DNA from: Mesotaenium endlicherianum
Lineage: Eukaryota
Direction of reading: 5' to 3'
Assembly: GCA_009602735.1 (NCBI GenBank)
Contig: WELA01003054.1
Span: forward strand, 522,952-560,006
DNA length: 37,055 bases
The position numbers were made by a program, and so were the translations under genes. Below the pieces are notes generated by a model. It ran no database searches, was not told the DNA's origin, and worked only from the letters and a program-made list of their open reading frames with translations. Positions 20,954-33,899 of this stretch are shown piece after piece; positions within the stretch are counted from its first letter, which is position 1, and each line of letters starts with the position of its first letter.

Positions 20954-22414
20954 GTCAAGTGACATTGCCGACTGCTCCCGACAGGCGCTCTGACCACCCT
21001 CGACTCCTGAGTCCTGACCACTCCCGAGTCCCGAGCACTCCCGAGGGCCCGACTACCATCGAGGGGTACGGTCCTGGAGAGAAGAGAAGTGTGTGCTTTT
21101 GCCATGGGGGCAGTACGACATCAAGCTCGACTGTCCGAATCAGCTTGATTTGGCCGGAATTGGCCCAGAATCTGCCAGAATCAGCTCTATGTTTGCCAGC
21201 TAAAATCCAGCGTGGACATGAATGGCAGCGAGTACGTGAAAGAAGCACAGAGAGCGCGTGCCGAACTGAGCTAGGCCGGGCTAGGTCCCGTGCTCGGCCA
21301 TGGTAGGCACTCAAGAACGCTGGTAAACACGAGACAGCGATGCATCAACCCAGCAAAGAGTGAGGGTGGGACGCAGTGGTAAGAGCAGGTAAGAGTGTGT
21401 CAATGCGCACGAAACCAGGTGGAGATGAACTTGGATGAAGAGAACGTGGTTTGATGTATATTGTGGCCGCGCGCCGTTTCGATGCAAAAGAATAGAACAC
21501 GAGCCACGAAGGTAGCTGTTGTACGTGGTCGTAGCATTACTATAATCATGTTTTAAGCAACATTTGTCAATGTGTAATCCGCGCGAATGACAGCATACAA
21601 GACCACGGTCAAGTGGAACCACGCGTTATGTATGCACCCAACTTCGTCTCGGGACTGGCCTTCACAACCTTGGCATGTCCGAAGGAGGCATGCACATGTC
21701 CGTGGGTTGGGGGGGTAGAGGTTGTTCGGCAGCTTGAGAACAAACCCATTCAAAGTTGTAAAATGCCCTCACAAATAAATGTCTTTCAAGCAGCGCCAAG
21801 AGTAGTAGATGGTTATCATATGATTTGTTCGTCCACAGCGTATACTGTATAAACGTTACTGGTACAAGTGACCCAAACTTAAGAGGTAGAAGACATTTCC
21901 GGGAGGCATTAATAACAGGATACGATGGCTTTTTCACTGCCTTGCTTCGATCAGGGCGCTCGTATATGTTGTAGTGGGCTGTCATCAGGCGGTGGTCCTC
22001 TCCGCCAGAAGGATGCTGTTTTGAGGTGAGCGAGGCATGTGGATATGCTAGTTTTGTGTGTTGAGTATGGTGCAGGTCTCCTGTTCTGGGATGGCTCTGG
22101 TTCTGCTAGGTTGTCCTGCCGAACAAATGCAGAACATATGGACCACAGCCAAGGGATGATGGAACTAGAAGTTCTCGTTTGTGAGAGGGATAATTAGAGG
22201 TCTTAATATTGGGAGTATCGTGGCTGCAAGGATCACCGTGTTAATTGCGCTGAATTAGACCGGGGTGGTCTAACATACAGTTTGAACGGTGTGTCAAAGA
22301 GCCTTGTTTGACATCAATTGTTTGGGCTTACCATGTTGGTCTTCTATCTAGGCTTAGTATCAAGATCACGTTGTGCACAATGCCCATTCATCTTTGTGTG
22401 ATGTGGCACGCATC

Positions 22415-23371
22415 ATGGAGGTTATGAAGTAGCCTTCTAACTTTGCTACCCTTTCTGTGGCCAGGAATCACGGTACACATTCCCTTGCCCTTCCCAAGGG
22501 GTTGCAATTTGTTTCATCTGGATTGCGAAGCGAGAGTAACAGCTCGGCTTCGTCGTCGAATAGTGGTTTCAGCAATCATCAAGAATCAGGAAGGGCATCA
22601 ATCGCTGTCTCTAGTGCGGCAGCCTCCTTCTCAACGTCGCTGGACATTTCAAGCGCAGCTGATTCTCCTAGTAGACGACCACTGGAAGCATGGTTCAAAG
22701 ATGCAATTTACGAGGTAAGCTCCTCTTGTCTGCATTGGAAAAATGGCGAAGTGTCCTTTTATCTGCCACATGTACCGTGCCACTGTGTCAAGTTCCAATC
22801 AGATTATGGTACTCATGGTAGCCTCTGGTTCTCTCTGTTTGTCAGTTGAACTCATAAGCTATCTCTACATTTACAGTCTCCACTTAATTTGGGCTTAACT
22901 TCTGCAGCTTATGTATTTGGGCAGGTTGTGCGAAACCTACAAGAGGCCCCCTTCTTGCATTTAGTCTTTGACTCAGCTTCAGGGAGCAAGAAGAATGAGC
23001 GTCATCAAGTGTCTGAAGAGCTTTTTACAAAGCCAGAGACTTGGACATTAGTAAAGAAGTCTGTGCTTCAGTCAGCTCCAGATGGTATCATCTTGGTGCA
23101 CAAGTTGGATGGTGAGGAAGTTGCTGAGTGCATCAGGTCCGACTCAGAAGATTATGAGGATTTTGATGCTCGATCTGAGACTGCTGGTTCAAGCACAGAT
23201 GTCTGGGGCGTGGTTGTCCAAGCCAAAAGTTCCAGGCGGCACGCCTGTTATATTTTGAAGACAACTAGGGTTGCATCCCTGTCAGGAGCTTGCACTAAGT
23301 TCACCTTGACCAGGGCCAGGTGCTTTGGCCCTACTCTTCATAAGCAGATTGAGAACTCGTGGTTGTTATGA
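22415..23371 (+). CDS. Conserved plant protein of unknown function (DUF7804-like), Ser-rich transit-peptide-like N-terminus; start uncertain
   Basis: Exons ..22714 and 22925-23371, phase-0 intron GTAAGC...GCAG. The joined sequence LEAWFKDAIYEVVRNLQEAPFLHLV..PDGIILVH..WGVVVQ..CYILKT..CTKFTL resembles a land-plant family recalled from memory. In-frame TAG at 22430 follows ATGs at 22415 and 22424. Confidence 0.75.
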
Positions 23372-24824
23372 TTTACTTGAGTCTCCTTGTCAGCATTTGC
23401 AATATTGTAATTACAGTGTACATTGAGGACAGTCTTAGCTTTACAGGTTAACTGAAGAGATTGGTAAGATTAGATGATAGTTGTCATCAGGTACATGAAG
23501 GCCTATAAAAGGCTTGAGTTCAGAGTGTGGAGCGCATTGCTCCGAAGAATGTTTTGCAATGAGGCAATTTGGCTAGGTTATGTAGAAGCTTTTTTGACAA
23601 GGTCCATCTTTTGCGTGGGCCAGCTTTAGGTTAGGTGATACAGAAGGTTCACAACAATTGCTGTCATAATTACTTGTTATTGTGTAGTGATCTTGGTTGG
23701 ATTTGGTTGCATTTTGAGTGCAACTTTGTGTTGAAGATGTTCATCTCTGTCATGCCAAAGTGAAAAGTATGAGTTCTGTCCAGATTTGTGCACATGACGT
23801 CCACTAGTTTTTTCACATTGTTTTTGGAAATACAAAAATATGGTATTTTGTATATCAACAAATGTACAAAACAAAGTTTGATAAGCGACACGCTTATCTC
23901 TAGGAACTTCGTGAGCTTGACTTCCGAGCGAGCAGCAGCCAGCAAAGTTGCTGCGAAGCAGCTGCTACAGCTGTGTATATGAGCACCTCACCACAGTCAA
24001 GTTCCTTAAGGCGCAAGCAAAATAGCAATTAAGTGCACCTTGAACCCACCCAGCCCACCCTGAGCATATCACACAAAGCTGACAGAAGGATCACACTAGC
24101 TTCAAAAACTCACTAACAAGACATTCATGCGAGTAGCAGCACCTGCCACAGAACTGAATGTTGCAGAGTCACAAGCCCGAAAAAGGCATCGATCAGAGTC
24201 TCATACTTATGCGCGACGTACGTCATGGTTGATGCACTTAGTTACGTTAGCTTCAGGTAGGCTGATTCCACATTTAACCATGATAACCAGCATATTAGAA
24301 CTATTAAAACTATATTCTATAGCATTACTAGAGTACCATTAGACTACCATTAGATACTACCAGTAGATGATTCCTACCCGTGCCTATGTATTGCCTATTT
24401 ACTTGCAGTGACAATAATCTTGCCTAGAGATCGAAGTTTAAGCATTATCAAATTGTGCATGTTTCCAGTTTGTGTTTTGACACTCTAAAAGTTATGCACT
24501 CTCAAGTACTTTTACAGAGACATGATTCTGTTCTCTGTTGAAAATCAATAACACAGAAACAAATGACCACAAATTCTTCTTTGCAAAGAAAAATTTGCAT
24601 ACAACTCGATTATATCTATCGTGGCAAAGAGAGCAACAGCTGATACACATAAGGCTTAAATATATGTGTTTTAATCCCGGCAACTGAAACCAATAATACA
24701 TAATAAATTACCTTCAAGCACAAATTGTAATACTGGGTCGAAGGCTCCACTATCTAATGAATTAACTGTTTCCCTAACAGACCAGGTCCATTCAACACAT
24801 CAGTGTCATGCCAGGTCTGCGCTA

Positions 24825-26023
24825 TCAGAAAATCTCGATTGTTGAATCTGAAGGTGGCTTCTTCTCAGAGGCAGCTGCATCAGCAGTGGCCATACGGCCC
24901 TTGAAGATGTCCCACTCATACTTGCATCGGCCTTGGATCTGTTATGAGCCCGTTAGCAAACTGTGAGTTTTCCACATTACCTCAAGAGTTGCCCCAGCAT
25001 AAGTTCAACAGAGCTATTTTAGAGAACTGCAGCAGAACCAGAGAGCCCCAACATAATTTGTGTCGCATCTGACACTTTGATTGATGCAATGGGTTATACA
25101 AGCAATTAAGGTAGAGAACCAAGGGGCGGCAATAACATTCACATCTCTTTGAGATCACTGACAGTAGACGGGACACAGACACAGAGGGGCAGACGAGGGC
25201 AGGCAGGAGCGGTAAGACAAAAAGACAAAGGAAGGAAAACATACCTCATCCCACACCTGTTTCTCGTTCTCCTCTCCATCCTGCTCGGCAATAACAGAAG
25301 CCACCCCTGTTCAGAACTCAAGTTTCTCCCCCCCACCGCTTCAACAAGGAACGGCAACAGCAGGAAGGAAAGACACATTGATCTCACCCTGCATGCAGAC
25401 GTGAGCAAATGCAAAGGGGGGGGGGGNNNNNNNNNNNNNNNNNNNNNNNNNNNNNNNNNNNNNNNNNNNNNNNNNNNGGGGGGGGGGGGTGTGGGGCAAG
25501 GGGGGGTCGCACGAAACAGAGCTTTCATATCACCACTTGAGGGCAAGGGGCCAGCTGCAGACAGACGGAGTGCTGGCACTCCTGGCGGGACCCTTCTAGT
25601 GGAACACAAGGGGCTCGCAGATTTAACAACTTTGCCAACAGAGGGTCAGCTCTGACGGTCTACTGCGGCGGAGGTCACGTGTACGCGCACCTGGCTGTTG
25701 AACTTCTTGCTTATCGGCGCAGAGCTAATGTACTCCGTGTCAATCACTCCCACCACTTCGTGTGGTGGGCCCTGCTCCAGTCCGCAGCGCCGCAGGGGAG
25801 GAAAAAAAACCCCAAAAATAATTTGAGAACCGCACCAGAGTCAGCATGAGGGATGCTGCCAGCACAAGAGCTATTGAGGGAGGAGAGCAGGCTCCTTCCT
25901 CCCTGGTAAGGGCATGTTAGAATGCCTGGCAATATGCACGGGGTTGAACATATACATACACGCATGTGGTAGAACTAGAAAGAGAAGGAGAATCTAGAGA
26001 CAGAGAAGTAGAGAGTGAATGAT

Positions 26024-26097
<74 letters not shown>

Positions 26098-26236
26098 NNN
26101 NNNNNNNNNNNNNNNNNNNNNNNNNNNNNNNNNNNNNNNNNNNNNNNNNNNNNNNNNNNNNNNNNNNNNNNNNNNNNNNNNNNNNNNNNNNNNNNNNNNN
26201 NNNNNNNNNNNNNNNNNNNNNNNNNNNNNNNNNNNN

Positions 26237-26276
<40 letters not shown>

Positions 26277-27262
26277 CAGAGAGACATGATCAGCAATTCC
26301 AGGACTAGCCTTCCACACTCATCCGACCTCCACCCCTCTCGCTCTCGCCCAGTCTCATCTCAAGACGGCAACTCCTCCGATTAGCACGCCAGGCACACAT
26401 ACAGTTTGGGATGAAGGCTTGGCACCCCCGTTGCACAGCGCAACCCTAGAGCCACAGGAATCAGAGGGGAAGCTCCTGTGCTGGTCCTGTCCCCCAAGCC
26501 TGTCCTCATCCCCCCCCACCTCCAAATGTGCAGGACGGGAGAGGGAGAGGGGGGGAAGAAAGGGGGGCGAGATGAAGCACGCTCCCTGTGCCTCTCCCCC
26601 CTGCGCAAGTGTGGGTTGAACGCAACGTGGTCAAGAGCATGTAGCTTATCGAGGACTAGAAGGTGAGGCGAGCCTATGTGGGCTGAGGTAAGAGAGGCGC
26701 GAGAGTTGAGAGAAGCGGTAAGCAAAGGTGAGCAGAGACGAGCAGAGGCGTGTGCGGCGAACCTGAGCGCATCGCCACAGGTTGAAGTCCAGGCCCCAAG
26801 CATGCACCAGGTCATTCTGCAGAACAACCCCCCCTCCCCCCCCCCGGCCATCCAGAGAAAAACAGGCCAGAAAGGGAGCAGGAAACTTGAGAAACATTGG
26901 AATGGGCCGAGTCCCAGAGGCATGTCAGACTGCGGAGCAATCGGCAGAGTGCACACACATGGCCCGGTGAGTCCCTGCCCTTTTCGCATCGGCTGGCCAG
27001 CAATGACCGCATCACTAGCAGCAAGGTGCGACCTGCGCTCCACGATCCATGTGGCATGCAGGAGAAGGCAGGTCAAGGCGTCCACGGTGTCAAGAATCAA
27101 GAATAAAGAGTTAAGGATTCGCAGTTCCACCTCCCACAGTTGATACAGTAGGAAGGGGAATGTGACCAATGTGCAACGCTTTTTGATGCTACCACGCACA
27201 AAGAGATGCATGGTGACAAGGAGGGCTAGCCCTCCTGGCCTGGCCCAGAAGAACAAAGGCTG

Positions 27263-27299
<37 letters not shown>

Positions 27300-27657
27300 A
27301 CACACACACACACACATACAACAAACGCGCACACAAACACACACATACACTCACACATATATAATCTTACACATCCATACACATTAGTGCGCACATGCAC
27401 GTGTGCATGTTAGCATGTGAGCACGTGTGTGCACATGTGTTCGTGTGCACGTGCTTGCATGCGTGCGTTGTATGTTGGACAGAACATGCAGTTTGTGATG
27501 CCTAGCGGCAGTGAGAAACAAGGAGCAGACAACGACCAACCTGGATCATGTGCCACACGCAGCGCCACGCTGCCCGCGAGAATACCGGCGCCTGGATCTC
27601 CACAAATCTGTACCCCTCATACTCAGCAGGCAGACAACCTGCTTAATTGCAGCCTTG

Positions 27658-27688
<31 letters not shown>

Positions 27689-27733
27689 GCGCGCACACAC
27701 ACACACAAACACGCGCACGCACACGCGCTCTCT

Positions 27734-27800
<67 letters not shown>

Positions 27801-28419
27801 GACAAAGAAGCACACACGTACTCTCCGCTATCTGCCACCATTTGCTGACGAGGCTCAGGCTTCAAATGTGAGCCCTTACTGTGTGGGTAACAAGCTTCGG
27901 TGAACACACGCTATCCGCAGGTCGTATCCGTGCGGGGGGGGGGGGGGGGGGGNNNNNNNNNNNNNNNNNNNNNNNNNNNNNNNNNNNNNNNNNNGGGGGG
28001 GGGGGGGGGGGGGGGAGGTTAGGGTGACACGAGGCTCAGACATCTGGTTGATGACCCCCCCTCCTGTGGTTTGAAATAGCGCCTGTTCCGGCACGGGCAA
28101 AGGTTTGGGGTTTAGGACCCCAGTGTGACAGGGAGAAACCTCCCACCGGTCCAACCTCAGCGGGACCCAGGCCCAGCATTATCGCACCCACCGTAGAGAC
28201 TTTGCAGCGTGCTCTGTTTGTTAGGCCTCAGTGAAAGATTGCCAATAAACCCCACTCCGATCCCCTGCTGCACAGGACTCCCACTCTTCCTATGCAAGGC
28301 CAGTGCCGTGTCTGGTCCTCTTCCTCAGGATAGCACTGAAAATAAGCAAGTTCACGAACGCAGAGAACGCAGGCAACAGCATGGGCAAGGAGACACACAC
28401 CCAGAGACAGACAGTCACA

Positions 28420-28498
<79 letters not shown>

Positions 28499-28499
28499 N

Positions 28500-28565
<66 letters not shown>

Positions 28566-29079
28566 AGGGAGGGGGGGGGCAGACAGGGGAAGAGAACCCT
28601 CACCCGGCACAGGGCGGCCTGTTGGGGCTGGGGCACCACCCAGGCTTCTCTGTTGCCGTCCTGCAGAGCCCCGTTCACACCCACACACACCTGTCACTAG
28701 GGTTCCACCAAGACTAGGGCGTCACACAAACAACCAAGCGCCCTGATGGCTACAGGCTGACAGCTCTGTTTTGTACGCGCTGCTGTTTCATATTTTAAGC
28801 CGATAAAAGGTTGGTTCACCTCCAAAGGTAGCAGGGACAAGCAGTAGGGACAGGAGCAGGCTTGCTGCTGCCCGTGAGCCATGAGGCGCGTTGGGAGGTG
28901 GGACGGGCAAACAGAGGGTGCAGGAGGATTGGCCCATGCATCCATCATCTTGCTTCAGAACGTTCAGTACCCGAGGAGGACTACATGCGATGGAGTGTGC
29001 GGAGCAGGGCAGTAACATACATGCTGCTGCTCACGGTGAATCACACACACGCACACACGCACAAACACACAGTCACATG

Positions 29080-29134
<55 letters not shown>

Positions 29135-31492
29135 ACACACACACACACACTCACTCACACACTTGCGCATTCACACACACACAGACACATAGATATACGC
29201 ACATGGACATCCGGGTCGCTCACTGCTTACCAGTCCGCTGCTTCTAATTCACAGCCACGCGCAAACACGCACAAACATCACGACCATGGGGTTCCACAAG
29301 TGCGTCTGAGCGATTTTTGAGGGTGCGCGCCCAGGGACACAGATGTACAGCAGATGCAACACTGGGGCAAGAAAAGCAAACGCTGGAGGACCAGAAAAGC
29401 AAACGCTGGAGGACCAGGATGCCAGGAGGAACGAGGGGGGTGGGTTTGCGGGGGGGGAAAGGGTTTTGGTGAGGNGCTGGTGCGAGGTAGTGGCCTACTT
29501 GTGAACAACAGCATCCGCTCGATGCTTGATGAGCTGCCAGGTCAGCGTGGTCCCCTCGGGCGGCTTGACAGCTGGCTGCGCAATCTCCAGCTTGTGTTCC
29601 TTCATCAGTCCCATGAACCTGCACTCCCCCCACGACAGCAGGCAGGCCCAGGATGGCCCCCCTATCAGCACCCCCCGTCTCCCTGCGCAGCGTTCCTCTG
29701 ACAATCTTTTGCGACTTCCTCACTGCCCAGTAACATTCTGGAAGTGCCAAGTGCCCTGAATGAGCCGGGCGGTGCTCTGCTCTGGATCGCTGGGCACGCT
29801 CCTGCTATGACGCTGGCAGCGTCTCGCCTGCGCGCATTGCTCTTCTATTTAGTCACAATCTCCTCCCCACACATATTCCACGCAAGACGCTCGCGCGCAC
29901 TGCTGGTCCGGGCTTTTCACGGAGATCCAGCCTGTAAGCACTTGCTCCACCCCCTCCAGGCGTAAATCTAGTGAAAGAAAAAGACTGGCCGCATGTTCTG
30001 CACATCCGGCGCGAACAGGCCTCAAGCTTCCGCAACCGTCCTGCTGTTGCACGGGGGCGTGCAGAGTGGGAGGTAGGGCCAGATTCCGAGGGAGGGCAAG
30101 AAAGAGGGGCAGAGCACCTGCCTGGTGGCATTGAAGTGCTCGAGGTCCAGGTCGGAGTCCCACACGAATACGTACTCAAACGGCTCCACCACGTCCGGAT
30201 GAAGAAAGCGCTTGGCAAACCACCTGAGAGAGGAACGGGAGAGGGAGAGAAGAGAGAGGGAGAAGAGAGGGAGAGGGAGAGGGAGAGGGAGAGATTTGGG
30301 ACATTGTTTTCCTCCGAGCTTAGATCCGCCTGTCCAAAAGATCTAAGACCACCCTAGGATAGCAAGGGCTTCTGTAACGGGCCAACCAACCAGGAAGACA
30401 AGTTAGCACCTATCCAACATCAAGCCAGTGAGCACAAGTATGGCCCTCCGTGAGCAGTGCTGACATTGTAGTGTCACCCCCCCAGGCAAGCACGTGCATC
30501 CCCCCCCCCCCCTCTCCCACCGAAAGCATGTCGGGGCATGTGAGAACGCTGGACGCCAGCAACTCCACACAGTCTCCCGGCAATGTGTACCAGAGAGCCG
30601 AAGAAGCAAACGCCGGCGCATTCTGTCTTGTGCGACAAAATGCTAGTCACGCTTGCGGAATTAATATCCTGAGCCAAGGGCAGCATTTCCCCCCTCCAAG
30701 CTGCTGCACGGGCAGCACAAATCAAACAGCATCCAGGCTTTCGGAGCTGCAGTCATTTCTTCCCTCTGAACGGCTGCACAAACAGCGCCATTGCTTTTTG
30801 GCTGCAGTACCTTCTTGCACTCCGCTCCAGTCACTGGGGCAGGGGGTGTACCACAAACCGCAAGAGCCCCCTCAAAGGCGTAGACGCAAAGCAAGCTCTT
30901 CCCAAACGACGAGGAAGCTGGGATGAAGGGGTCCAATGTTTATTGCGGGCAGGCGGGGGGGCCAAACAGCAGGGATTGCACAGCAGAACGGGCAGGGTGA
31001 GGGAAGAGGAGCCAACTCAGAGAAGGGAGGAGGCGAAGAAAGAGAAGGTTGCTGTCTCTGGAAGGAAGAGCCAGGTGTGCATCGGACTCAAAGGGGAGCA
31101 CACAGGGTGGGCTCTGCAAGCGCTCGGGGTTCTGGCCCGCCCTCCTCACCACTTGGACTGGCGAGGCCCAACGACGTGGATGGCGCGGGGCGTCCAGTCG
31201 AACTCGAGCCACTCGTCCATCTTGCCGTCACCGTGAAAGAGCATCACCATCCACTCGCTCGTGAACTGCATGCACCCGCGCAACACGCGTGCACACACGC
31301 CGCCCTTTAGGTGCAACAGCAGGCACACCAGAGTCCCTGCCCCTACCTGTGCTGTCCGCGCCCCCAAGAGTGAAGCAACCTAACATAGTTGGCTACAGAA
31401 ACGAAGAGAGACACTGAGAGGGAGATGTGCATACATCTTTGTATTTGAGCATATATGAGTGTGTGGATGTGTGTGTGTGTGTGTATATGTGA

Positions 31493-31561
<69 letters not shown>

Positions 31562-33899
31562 GTGGAGGGCAGCCGGGCGCTGCGACGCTCTCACCTTGCT
31601 CATCATCTTGTCGACAATCTCCATCATGATGAGGCGCACCGACAGCACCAGCAGATACTTGGGCTTGCTTGGCAGATCCTGCCGCCACCCAATCGCACAG
31701 GATACAGAGGAGGCGGCATCGCATGATGAGCCTTCTGCACCGCCCTCAAGCAGCCAGCTACGACAGAGAGGTGCATCACGTGATGAGCCTCCAGGACTGC
31801 CCTCAAGCAGCCAGCTGTGCAGCTCTGCCGCGAGGGCCTGTGCCTCCAGGGTCTGTGGCCCCCAGCTGCCCAGGGCCAGTGTGCATGAGCTAGGAAGGAG
31901 GGGCCAACCCCAAGGCGTGTCTCAAGTCCCTGGGTTTGATCTGAAGAGAAAGACTAGCCAGGAGCAGCACGGAGTGGCAGCTGCTACACACTGCCTGGTC
32001 TGCCGCCCCACCCGCTGCCCTGGTCCCTACCTACGGCCTGCTGGAGACTTTCTGGGCCTCCAGAGGATTTGGACACACTGGGCTTGCTTGTGCTTGCGCA
32101 GTGGACCCAGGGGCCAGGGCTTTGAAAAAGAATCAGGAGAAGCTAGGGTGACAGTGAAGCCGTAGCCTCCCGGGGGCGGCCAAGGCGCTCACTTGCGATG
32201 ACGGTAAGCACCACCTGGCGTGAAAAGGGTCGCCCTGACGTGGTGCAGCTTGTTTATAATGTAGACCTTTGGGGATAGCAGATGCTGGCGCTGACCTCAG
32301 ATTTGAACGCTTGATGTAGCGAATTAACAGTCAACCGGTGCTAGTCAACAGTCAATGTAGCTAGTCAATGGCAGGCAGGGAATGAGTGCGGGACATCAGG
32401 AGCAGCCTGGAATGAGCTGAAGGCACAGGCACCCAGCTGGATCTGACGGGTGGTTGGGTGAATGAGGAGGTGGGTGGGGGTCATTTTACCTCCTCGGGTC
32501 TGCCCCACAGCCGTCGGACAAACAAGTCGGACGTGGGCTGGATGATGCCGGGCGGCAAGCCCTCGGCCCCTGATGGCACGCCCTGCCTCGGAATCTGCGG
32601 GGCAGCACGTTGTGTCGGAAAGATTAGCAGAAAAGGCAGCAGAGCTGCCGCAAACGAGCTTCCTGTTGCCAGTGACGTAAGCCCTGAAGGGGCCCCTCCA
32701 GCCGTAAAAGTAGAGTGCCTCCCCTCCTTCAGCATTGTACAGGAGATACTAAATTGCCTGTGTGAGTGAGACCATGTAACTTATGGAAGTAAGGCCAACT
32801 TTCTCAATATGACGATCCTGTCATTGATGAGATTGCGGGGCAAAGTGCTCCCACAGGCGGACTTCACGACAGCACATGCATAGACATATAGACATACACC
32901 GTCTTGGGTGCAATGAGAGAGTGCCATGGCAAGCAGAGCCAGGAGGCGGTGGAGCTCTATGCAGCCCGAGGGCTCCTCACAAGTACATTATTGATGTGAA
33001 TGATCAGTCCCCAATCCCTTTGCTTGGACCCTTTGCTCGAGGACAAGAGATGCTCTCGAGGAGGGAGCAGATGTGCAAGAGAAGGCACCTTACAGGTTGC
33101 GACGTAGTCATCCTCTTTCGCTTCACTGCCTGCCAGAGAGGCCAGACCTGTGGCTTTACTGCGGCTGCCACTGCTCAGCATGAGCCTTGGAACCTGTTCA
33201 CACCGCAACTTTTATGAGAGGATGAGTCCCGCAAGGTGTTGCTGGCATAGGCAACTGCTGCTAGCATTTGCAGCTGTTGGCCCTGCAATGCATCATCACA
33301 AACTCACATTCAGCTTCAGTAAGATTCAGCTGGACCTCCACCTGCTGCTATTTTCAAGAAAATTCAAAGATCAGATTAAGTACACTTAGTACTGCTCAAT
33401 TGTTTCAATCAATCCCCATTGATTGCTTCCCTCATAACTGGACTCAAGTAAAGTGCAGTGCAGGTCCCTACCTGAGCCAGAAGCAAGCCAATGATCACGC
33501 CACACAACATGCCTCCATATGAGTTCGAGTAAAAGCCTGGTTTGCCGTTATCGCTCCGTTTTCGCACCGGTATTTGACTGCAAGAGGTCAGTATGCACTC
33601 TGAGTTAGCAGCATAAACTTTTTCATAAGCATAGGAAGTCGGTAGGATGATCTTCAGGGACCATGGCTCTCTTTCTTAGTCTGTCTAACATGGCCCAACA
33701 TATTCAAGACCTTCAGTTTATATGAAACCAACTAGCTTGGAATGCTATACCACTTTGAGAACCTTCGTGTCCCTCGAGCTGAAGATCAAGTTCGGTTCCA
33801 TCTCTAGCCTACACATTTTCACTAACTGCCTTTGTGTCCATTGCATGTCCAGTACAGGCAGTAGAAAGTATTGCACCTTTGTATTTTTGACGGCTTCAT
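24825..33899 (-). CDS. DUF707 family type-II membrane protein (putative glycosyltransferase), 13 exons, about 377 aa
   Basis: Phase-consistent exons: 33899-33877 (uncertain; alternative ATG 33956), 33577-33472 (TM anchor), 33193-33089, 32594-32490 (GAEGLPPGI..RRLWG), 31678-31595 (KPKYLL), 31265-31150 (LFHGDG..RAIHV..QSKW), 30223-30122 (WFAKRFLHPD..WDSD), 29618-29499 (LEIAQP), 28660-28604 (PPCAG), 27607-27541 (FVEIQAPVFSRAAWRCVWHMIQ), 26816-26763 (NDLVHAWGLD), 25771-25691, 24938-24825. Confidence 0.92.
25416..25489. repeat. Poly-G run spanning an assembly gap
   Basis: G runs flank an N block; a second such run is at about 27934-28016. Confidence 0.85.
26024..26274. repeat. Intronic (GT)n(GA)n microsatellite with assembly gap
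   Basis: Directly visible in the sequence. Confidence 0.95.
27264..27357. repeat. Intronic (CA)n microsatellite
   Basis: Directly visible in the sequence. Confidence 0.95.
27658..27800. repeat. Intronic compound (CA)n(CT)n(CA)n microsatellite
   Basis: Directly visible in the sequence. Confidence 0.95.
28416..28564. repeat. Intronic compound (CA)n(GA)n microsatellite
   Basis: Directly visible in the sequence; single N inside. Confidence 0.95.
29042..29187. repeat. Intronic (CA)n microsatellite
   Basis: Directly visible in the sequence. Confidence 0.95.
29370..29417. repeat. 23-bp perfect tandem duplication in an intron
   Basis: GAAAAGCAAACGCTGGAGGACCA twice. Confidence 0.85.
31459..31558. 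repeat. Intronic (GT)n(GA)n microsatellite
   Basis: Directly visible in the sequence. Confidence 0.95.
31716..31816. repeat. 57-bp imperfect tandem duplication in an intron
   Basis: GCATC..TGATGAGCCT..GCCCTCAAGCAGCCAGCT at 31716 and 31773. Confidence 0.75.

Noticed and set aside
19000..22300. ORFs of 60-165 aa in the region upstream of the DUF7804-like gene
   Set aside because: No recognisable domains or consistent exon chain; a 5' UTR or an unrecognised exon cannot be excluded.
3201..22432. TAA/TAG reassigned to Gln (stops at Gln-like positions in C gag, ORF3 and the host gene)
   Set aside because: The ~1200-codon B pol and the DUF707 exons have many Gln codons and no in-frame TAA/TAG, and TGA stops also arise at Trp/Arg positions. 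Mutational decay explains the pattern better.
25139..32165. Many ORFs with ER, LS, HT or CV repeats, including 339 aa at 26381-27400
   Set aside because: Translations of microsatellites and GC-rich intron sequence of the DUF707 gene.
33740..33810. Extra DUF707 exon (LEMEPNLIFSSRDTK)
   Set aside because: It has a plausible acceptor but only phase-0 donors, incompatible with the phase-2 start of exon 33577; left out of the model.
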